Shown here: positions 54,742 to 64,000 of the stretch, piece by piece
Numbering within the stretch: position 1 is the first letter of the stretch
How the letters are laid out: each line of letters starts with the position of its first letter
Source: Eledone cirrhosa
Taxonomy: Eukaryota
Length of the DNA stretch: 64,000 nucleotides
Direction: 5' to 3'
Assembly: GCA_964016885.1 (NCBI GenBank)
Contig: OZ024740.1
Coordinates: forward strand, 252,526,001 to 252,590,000
Position numbers and translations under genes: made by a program
Notes under the pieces: model-generated
Told to the model about the DNA's origin: nothing
Database searches by the model: none
Seen by the model: only the letters and a program-made list of their open reading frames with translations

Positions 54742-56024
54742 CATCATCATCATCATCATCATCATCAACGTTTAACGTCCGTGTTCCACGCTTGCATGGG
54801 TTTGGACGGGGGTTTTCCCACTTGAGGCAAGAGTGGTTGTCTTGCTCGCATAGGACTGTCTGGCGGGTTTTCTACAGTTGGATGCCCTTCCTAACACCAA
54901 CCTCATTTACAGTGTGGGGCTGGGAGGTTTTTACCGTGTTGCCTACACGGCCACATTACAGCGTGGACTGTCTGGCGGGTTTTCTACAGCTGGATGCCCT
55001 TCCTAACACCAACCACATTTACAGTGTGGGGCTGGGAGGTTTTTACCGTGTTGCCTACACGGCCACATTTACAGCGTGGACTGTGTGTTTTTTGTCGTGA
55101 CACCTACACGATCTCATTTGTTTCGGCCTGGATGTTGTGGGACCAACATAACTTTACATTGAAAGGGGCGGTGTGGGTGGGGTGGAGGTGGTGGGACGGG
55201 GGTGTGTTTTGATAGAGATGCCTACTGACTGTAGTAGGTTTTTACTTTGTATTTAGGTAAGGCGGGTCTTCTCTATTACTGAGTACCGCCAAAGGTCTCG
55301 GTCCAGTGACATTGTCATGGAGAGGTGTAAGCGTGTGAGGTCAGAATTTATCAGCTCGTCTCATGTTTTTCTGGGTCTGCCTACTCCGTGGCTACCGTCT
55401 ATCTTTATTGCCCTGCACTTTGTTATACAGCTGTCGTCTGTCATGCGCATCACGTGACCGTACCAACGTAGCCTTCTCTCGAGTAAACAACATCTGATCC
55501 CTCTTATTTCTAATTTTTTCCTTAGTTCGTTTATGCTTTGCCGTTCACGTATATTACTATTACACATCCAGCGGAGCATGCAAGCTTCGTTCCTCTCTAG
55601 TCTGCGTATATCCTCTGCACACCATGCCCAGGTCTCACTGCCATGCAGCATTGCTGTTCGTATGCAGGCATCGTATAACCTGCCTTTCATTTTTAGGGAG
55701 AACCCTCTAGCGGCTAATAGTGGTATAAGCTCTCTGAACTTTTTCCATCCAGTTCTGACTCTAGCTACTGTACTTTCAGAGCACCCTCCCCCACTGCTGA
55801 TTTTGTCACCCAGATAACGGAAGCTGTCCACTATTTCTATAGAACCCTCTGCGCAGTTGAAGGAGCTAGTATTTTGTGGGCACTTGCTGCTACTTATTGC
55901 ACCAGAGCACCGGCCACATGTAAAATCTATGTTCTTAGTTAGCTTACCTGTGATCCCACTACATCTTTTATGCACCCATACTTTGCATTTGGGACATAAA
56001 ATGGAGTTTCTACCTACGCCTTTC
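54740..56024 (-). mobile_element. RTE LINE 3' portion
   Basis: ORF 55361..56026; 3' UTR with duplicated unit; (GAT)n. Confidence 0.92.
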
Positions 56025-59000
56025 ATTTATTTATTTATTTATTTAGCTCTAGTATTAATGTAAGGGAGATATATGTGGTTAGGAGAGAAACTAGCTGTTA
56101 TATAGAGAGAAAAATGAAAAGTAACCAGACATAGGCAAGGCATAAAAACCCTATGTTTTAATGTAGAAGTATTAGTATGTAGAAAAACCAGGCACTATAA
56201 TGTAAATATCAGTATTCCTGAATGAGACACGTATCCATATTGTGTGAAAAGTAATGATCTTATGTTTAGTTTTAAAAATTCATATGTTTATATGATAACT
56301 ACAAACATCGATGTGAATTTACGTGATCAACCCTGCAAACCCCAATCTCAACGGAGAACATTCTCATTGTGCTATAAAAATTTAAGTATACATATATGTG
56401 TGTGTATATACACATATATATAGAGTCTATATTACTACTATTCTTGTCTTTACTCCACATGATTATCTATCAAGCAGAAATAGAGAACAGATTTCAATAT
56501 ATTAATAAAAAATATCAGAAACAAAAACCAAAAATATAATAATAATAATAATAATAAATAATAATAAAATAGAAAACTAAAAAATATTACGAAAAAATAT
56601 TACATATTAAAAATATTACATATTAAAAATAAAAATATTAGAAAATACTACAATAATAAAAATAAACCACAAAGATCAACCCTTCAAAATTAATTGAAAA
56701 TATATTGCCAAGTTCATTATAAGCATCAGAGTCGAAAACAGATAAAGCTAAAAATCATTTATCAAATCGCGTCTAGCAAAAATCATTTCAAAAAGTTTAG
56801 GATGCCCATTTGGTCTACATGTGTTCTTATATTTAATATAGAAGTTTATCTAGTGTAACGTTTATTCGAAATATTTGGAGCATCAACTTTCAGGGTAGTT
56901 TAATTTTTCATGAAGAATGTTTAAATAAAAATAAAAATAAAAAGAAGAATAAAAAGAAGAAATCGAAAGATTTATCGGCTAGTTTCCCAAATAATTATAA
57001 ATCAAACTAAATATACTACATTTTAAATTTAAATTTATATTTAAAAGTTGAGTTTAATCTATGTTTGCAGCAACTGAATAAATTTGTCCGTAGATTAAGG
57101 GAATTTTTAGATTTTAGTATAAAGAATATATCCTCTGCGCAGAGGTCACATGTCTCAGAGGATGAATTAAAAGGAATCCCTCTTGAGACTATATTCCAAG
57201 CCGTCGAATATCTAACGTTATCTAGCTTAAGTTGCCAGAGTACGCCTGATAGTGCTGTTGAAGATTTTTTGCTTGGATCTGTGAAAGAATTCTTGTGGTT
57301 ATTATAGCGAAGTTTAAATTCCGTCAATGTGGAACCGACGTAGTTAAAAGAGTTAGAGTCAGTTTTAACATTACAATTGTATATTATATTTTTAACTAAG
57401 CAGTTGTTATTTAACGGACATTTAGATCTATCTCTACAGTTACATTTGTTAACTTGTATATTATTTATGCTATTATCACTAGGTTTTAAGTTCCTATTAT
57501 TTATTCTATTAATATTTTGTGCTAAATTTTTGGTGGATGAATAGGTTAATTTTATAGTATGTCTATTGAAAATTGAGTGATACCTATGTGTTCTAGGGAA
57601 GCGATTATCAAGAGCTTTAAAAAATAGTTTAGCGATGTGGGTTTTAATGTTTAGTGAGAAAGGGGGGGGGGGCAAACCAAATTATGTTCCTAGTTCTATT
57701 TCTTTTTTGGCTTTTGGAATTATTGTAATGCTTTCTATTATAGTTGTTAAGATTGTTGCCGTAATTAAAATAGTTGTTATTTTGTTTAGTTTGTCTATCA
57801 TTATCTATGTACATAATCTTATCACTATATCCTGCTCTAGCTAACGCTTCATTGTAGTACTGGGCTTTTTCGTCGAAAATCTTTCTATTAGACGAGATTC
57901 TAGAGATACGTTTTTGAACAGAGTTTACTATAGTGTTTTTGACAGATCTGGGGTGGTTAGAGTTAAAGCTGACATAGTTTAAGTTTTCATTCAACTTGTG
58001 AAAAGGATAGTGAAGACATGTGTTGAGATTTAATGTTATATCTAGGAAATTGACTATTCTATGGTTGTTCTCAATTTCTATTTTAAGATTAAAGTAATTA
58101 AAAAATTGTGTAATTTGTTTACATTTTCTATTTAGTTCAGAGTTATTATTATCAATAAGTAAAAGCATATCATCTCTATATAAACCCCCGGTAGTACCAG
58201 GTATTTTCCTATGTAGCGAATTGATTAAAAATAAGCCCACAAGGTCAGTTACCTGAGCTGAGTCGGATGATCCCATAGTGATGTCAAAATTGCTATCTCT
58301 ATCTGCTCTGGTCCATAGTTGGTCATTAAATTCTATCAATGTTTTCCTAGCCGATAATATAATATGCATTTCATTGCTAGTTAGGTCTGTATGTTTGAAT
58401 GCGTAATTTAGTGCCTTATTTAGTAGATTAGGGGTAATAGAAGAATAATAGTTAGCAATATCAAGTTGAATAAACTTATTATTATTGTTATATTTAATTT
58501 GCTTAAACCACTCAACAACCTCTCCAGTTCCCTTCCACAAGCTCAGGTTAGGTAAACAATCCAAGTTCTTAATTTGCAGTATCACCCTGTCAAGAATGTT
58601 TTTGCTTAATTTGCCCAGGTCCGATTTTGATGGTGCGATCAATCTAACTGGCAAGTCATTTTCAAAATTCCTCTTGTGATCTTTCATATTGATCTTCGGT
58701 TTCCTGGGCACGAAAGGTTGTGTTCTGTTCTCAATTTCCAACTCGTGCATTATACAAGATGCTTCGACATTCATTTTCTCAAGCTCGGCCTTATCTGCTA
58801 CCTTGTACTTTTTCCTCAGTTCCTTCAGTATGAGGCCATTATACATGTCTTTCTGCACTCCATAGAGGTTGTTGGTCTTGTCAGATTTCACCAAGATCTT
58901 CTCAGTTTTCTCTAAGCTCTCAATATTATCCTTAATGCCTTTCAGATATTCCTGGCCTTTGAAGTTTCTCTTGAATTTGACCCCTTGTATGATAGAAATT

Positions 59001-59110
59001 ATATCGTTTTCAAAGTCAGATAAAAGTTTGTTAGGGGGTGGATTTCTTTTAGATTTGAAAAATTTGTTTAAGTCCGAGACATTTTCATTTATATTAGAAG
59101 GGCATCCAGT
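56024..59110 (-). mobile_element. Naiad-type PLE, RT plus GIY-YIG open except for one poly-C frameshift
   Basis: KSDKT, MKDHK, QLDIANYYSSI, FDITMGSSDSAQ, LYRDD, IIYNC..YVGST, CDLCAE, CCKHR. Confidence 0.93.
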
Positions 59111-59784
59111 AAGCGCCGCTAAACTGATACGTGCATATATGTATGTGTACCTGTATGCATATGTATATATATATGTATATATATATATATATATGTGCAT
59201 GCTACTGTACGTCTGTATACATATATGTATGTACGTATACATGCATACTTACATTTAAGTAAGTGCCATACTAAGAGTGAGAAATGAAATTTCGTTTTCA
59301 TTTTGTTTCAATTTATCGTTTTCGGTATGCCTGACCGATTTAACTCACTCAATATGAAAATTAGGCTGCTCAGCCGTTAATTTTCATAAGGAAAGTATAT
59401 ACTTTCGAACGTTCAACTATCTGGCAGATTGGTAAACGGTGCTGATGATAGCTAACAAGCTTGAAACTAATACATCGTTCCTGTGTCAGTGTTGAACAAA
59501 AAGGTGACGTGGTTGCCTTAACACCGTATGGCATAAATTCAGGCTGTTCAGTTTGTTTACAAACGAACAAAGCGACGTTATAATAAGCGCCGCTAAACTG
59601 ATACGTGCATATATGTATGTGTACCTGTATGCATATGTATATATATATGTATATATATATATATGTGCATGCTACTGTACGTCTGTATACATATATGTAT
59701 GTACGTATACATGCATACTTACATTTAAGTAAGTGCCATACTAAGAGTGAGAAATGAAATTTCGTTTTCATTTTGTTTCAATTT
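59110..59784 (+). mobile_element. Retrozyme-like element, ~1.4-mer (period ~474 bp); HHR at 59437-59477
   Basis: Repeat at 59110 and 59584; CGGTG CTGATGA TAGCTAACAAGCTT GAAA CTAA TA CATCG. Confidence 0.82.
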
Positions 59785-61349
<1,565 letters not shown>

Positions 61350-63358
61350 CGATATTAAACAAATGGAAACTATATTTATTTCGTTATATATATTTCTGGG
61401 ATATCATATTAAAAATATGTTATGCCTTCCTCAGACAAAATACAATACATAAGCTGTTTTATAAATAATTAGTGACATACCTTGTGATAATGCAACTTCC
61501 TTTTAAAAAGTTGATTTGGTAGTGAAACTGTTATGATAGTTATATAGAAAGAAAACGAAGATGAGAAGAAGAAGATGAAGAGATGTATGCAAATAAAAAA
61601 AGAAGATGAGATGTATGCAAAGAAAAACAACGGAGCGAGATAGAGAGACAAGGAGAGAGAGAAATACATTGATGGTGAAAAAACATAGTAAGCTGATCAA
61701 CGTATATGTGAGAGGTTAAGGGAAGGGATACAGTTAAATTAGTGTATAGGAGAAAAAGAAAGAAAGATGATATATTTAAAATATATTAAAAATATATTAT
61801 GTCTCATCCATTTGAATTATCAATTTTTATGAATTAGGTATTATAATGTAAATATCAGTATTCATGAATGAGACACATATCCATAATGTGTGAAAAAAAA
61901 AAAAAAAAAAAAATGACCACATGCTCAGTTAAAAATTCTTAGGTCTATAAGGAAAATCTGAGATAAAACTTCAAACATAAGTATATATGCATTCCCGTGA
62001 AAAAAGAGAAAAGAGAAGGTTATCTCAAATTCAAGTTGATAAATATAGACGCACATGTGAACCTACGTGATACGCTGCACTGATTCTTATATTTTATGAA
62101 AAACTTCAATGCGTTAGAAAAGATTCCACCCTACATACATTTACATACATATATACATATATATAGACACAAAACATATAAGATATACATTAACATCTAA
62201 AATAACATTCCAGCCTCACTTGCATGATCATCGATCAAGCATAGAGTAGACAACAGATATCAATATTAAAATTAAAAACGCCAAGAATATCTTCGTCACT
62301 CCACAGAGTATCTAGGGACGCAAGAGAACATAGTATGCCATGCATATCGGTCATAGAATCAGAGTCAAAAGCAAACAAAACCAAAATTGTTCATCAAGCC
62401 TTATTTAGCAGAAATCATTCAAAACTTATTCTACAAATGCTCTTATATTTATTATAGAAGTTTATCCAGCTTAAAAATGTATTCAAAAGATTGGGGACAA
62501 CGCCAATTATAGGGTAGTTTATTTAATCTCATTAATTTCATGCAGAAAGGTTTTTAAAAAAAAAAAATTTAAGGAATCGAAAGATTTATCGCCAAGTATC
62601 ACAAATAGTCAAATACCTTAAGTAAATATACTACATTTTATATTACATTTTAAATTTATATTTATATTTAAATGTTGAGTTCAATCTATGTCTGCAACAG
62701 CTGAATAAATTGGTTCGTAAATTAAGGGAATTTTTAGATTTTAATATAAAGAATATCTCCTCCGCGCAGAGGTCACAAGTCTCAGAAGAGGAATTAAAAG
62801 GAATCCCTTTTGAGACTATATTCCAAATCATCGAATATCCAACTTTATCATGCTTAAGTTGCCAGAGTAACCCTGACAGCAATGTTGAGGATTTTTTATT
62901 TGGATCCGTGAAAGAGTTTTTGTGATTATTATAGCGAAGTTTAAATTCTGTCGAGGTGGAACCAACATAATTAAAAGAATTTAAATCAGTTCTAACATTA
63001 CAGTTGTATATTATATTTTTAACTAAGCAATTGTTATTTAGCGGACATTTAGATCTATCTCTACAGTTACAGTTTTTTAGTTGAATATTGTTTAGGCTAT
63101 TTTCGGTATTTTGGCTAGGTTTTAGATTCCTATTATTTATTCTATTAATATTTTGTGCTAAATTTTTGGTGGACGAGTACGTTAATTTTATAGTATGTCT
63201 ATTAAAAATTGAGTGATACTTATGTGTTCTAGGGAAGCGTTTGTCAAGAGCATTAAAAAATAGTTTAGCGATGTGGGTTTTAATGTTTAGTGAGAAAGGG
63301 GGGGGCAAACCATATTATATTTCTAGTTCTATTTCTTTTCTGGTTTTTGAAATTATTG
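61350..63358 (-). mobile_element. Naiad-type PLE 3' portion (GIY-YIG plus tail with HHR)
   Basis: ORF 62643..63308 is a paralogue of 57016..57675. Confidence 0.9.
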
Positions 63359-63391
63359 TATATATATATATATAAATATATATATATATGA

Positions 63392-63424
<33 letters not shown>

Positions 63425-63454
63425 AATATATATATATATAAATATATATATATA

Positions 63455-63531
<77 letters not shown>

Positions 63532-63534
63532 TAT

Positions 63535-64000
63535 CTGGTCGTTATTATTTGGCTGTACGGGTGATTTTAGGCATAATCTTTGTGTGTTGGTATCTTAACG
63601 ATAGTTATAGCTCTGATTTATCTGAATTATTGAGCCCCTCTGCCACTCATGTCGGATTATGTTTATCGTAAATTCGTGAGCTGATTTTCCGATACTCGAT
63701 TATTCTATTATATTTAGCTCTAGACATAGCTATTGACCAGTTAATTTTATTGTTCATTTTTTGTCGATTCTATTGAATGATGAATAGCTCCTGTTTATTT
63801 TAACATGTCTATCGAGCACTCTTTTTTCGATATGTGTATTCCACATTACCGATTATCTTTCGCGAATATAGAGGTTATCTCCCTTGCTGGACTCCATGTG
63901 CGTCTAGCTATAGTTAATTTCTTCATTCGCCGGACATGGCCCGTTGATAAAGTTATTCCGGTCCCTCCTCTCCCTAGAAGTCTTATATATTTTTATGTGG
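63535..64000. repeat. Unclassified dispersed repeat
   Basis: ~63648-63707 is the reverse complement of 51522-51581. Confidence 0.5.

Overview
Eukaryotic, AT-rich, repeat-saturated window with no recognisable host gene. The SINE types suggest a cephalopod (Octopus-like); this is inference. It is a nest of retroelements sitting in (TA)n microsatellites: RTE LINEs (APE + RT with a PHD-like finger, (GAT)n tails), two CR1-group LINE fragments, tRNA-derived SINEs, and many Penelope-like elements (a Penelope/Poseidon type with YVDD and several Naiad-type families with YRDD + GIY-YIG). PLE tails carry about 15 hammerhead-ribozyme (HHR) motifs, including variant cores (U3-A8, U4C, U4A) and one with a ~105-nt stem II. 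Two items stand out. (1) At 44.1-45.6 kb a cluster of long hairpins has arm mismatches that are almost all G.T on the + strand (29/29 and 19/20 transitions by hand count). This looks like A-to-I hyper-editing written back into DNA, or a selected hairpin-RNA locus. (2) A non-coding ~430-475 bp HHR-bearing retrozyme-like element is present four times as partial tandems or fold-backs. All coordinates and counts are manual.
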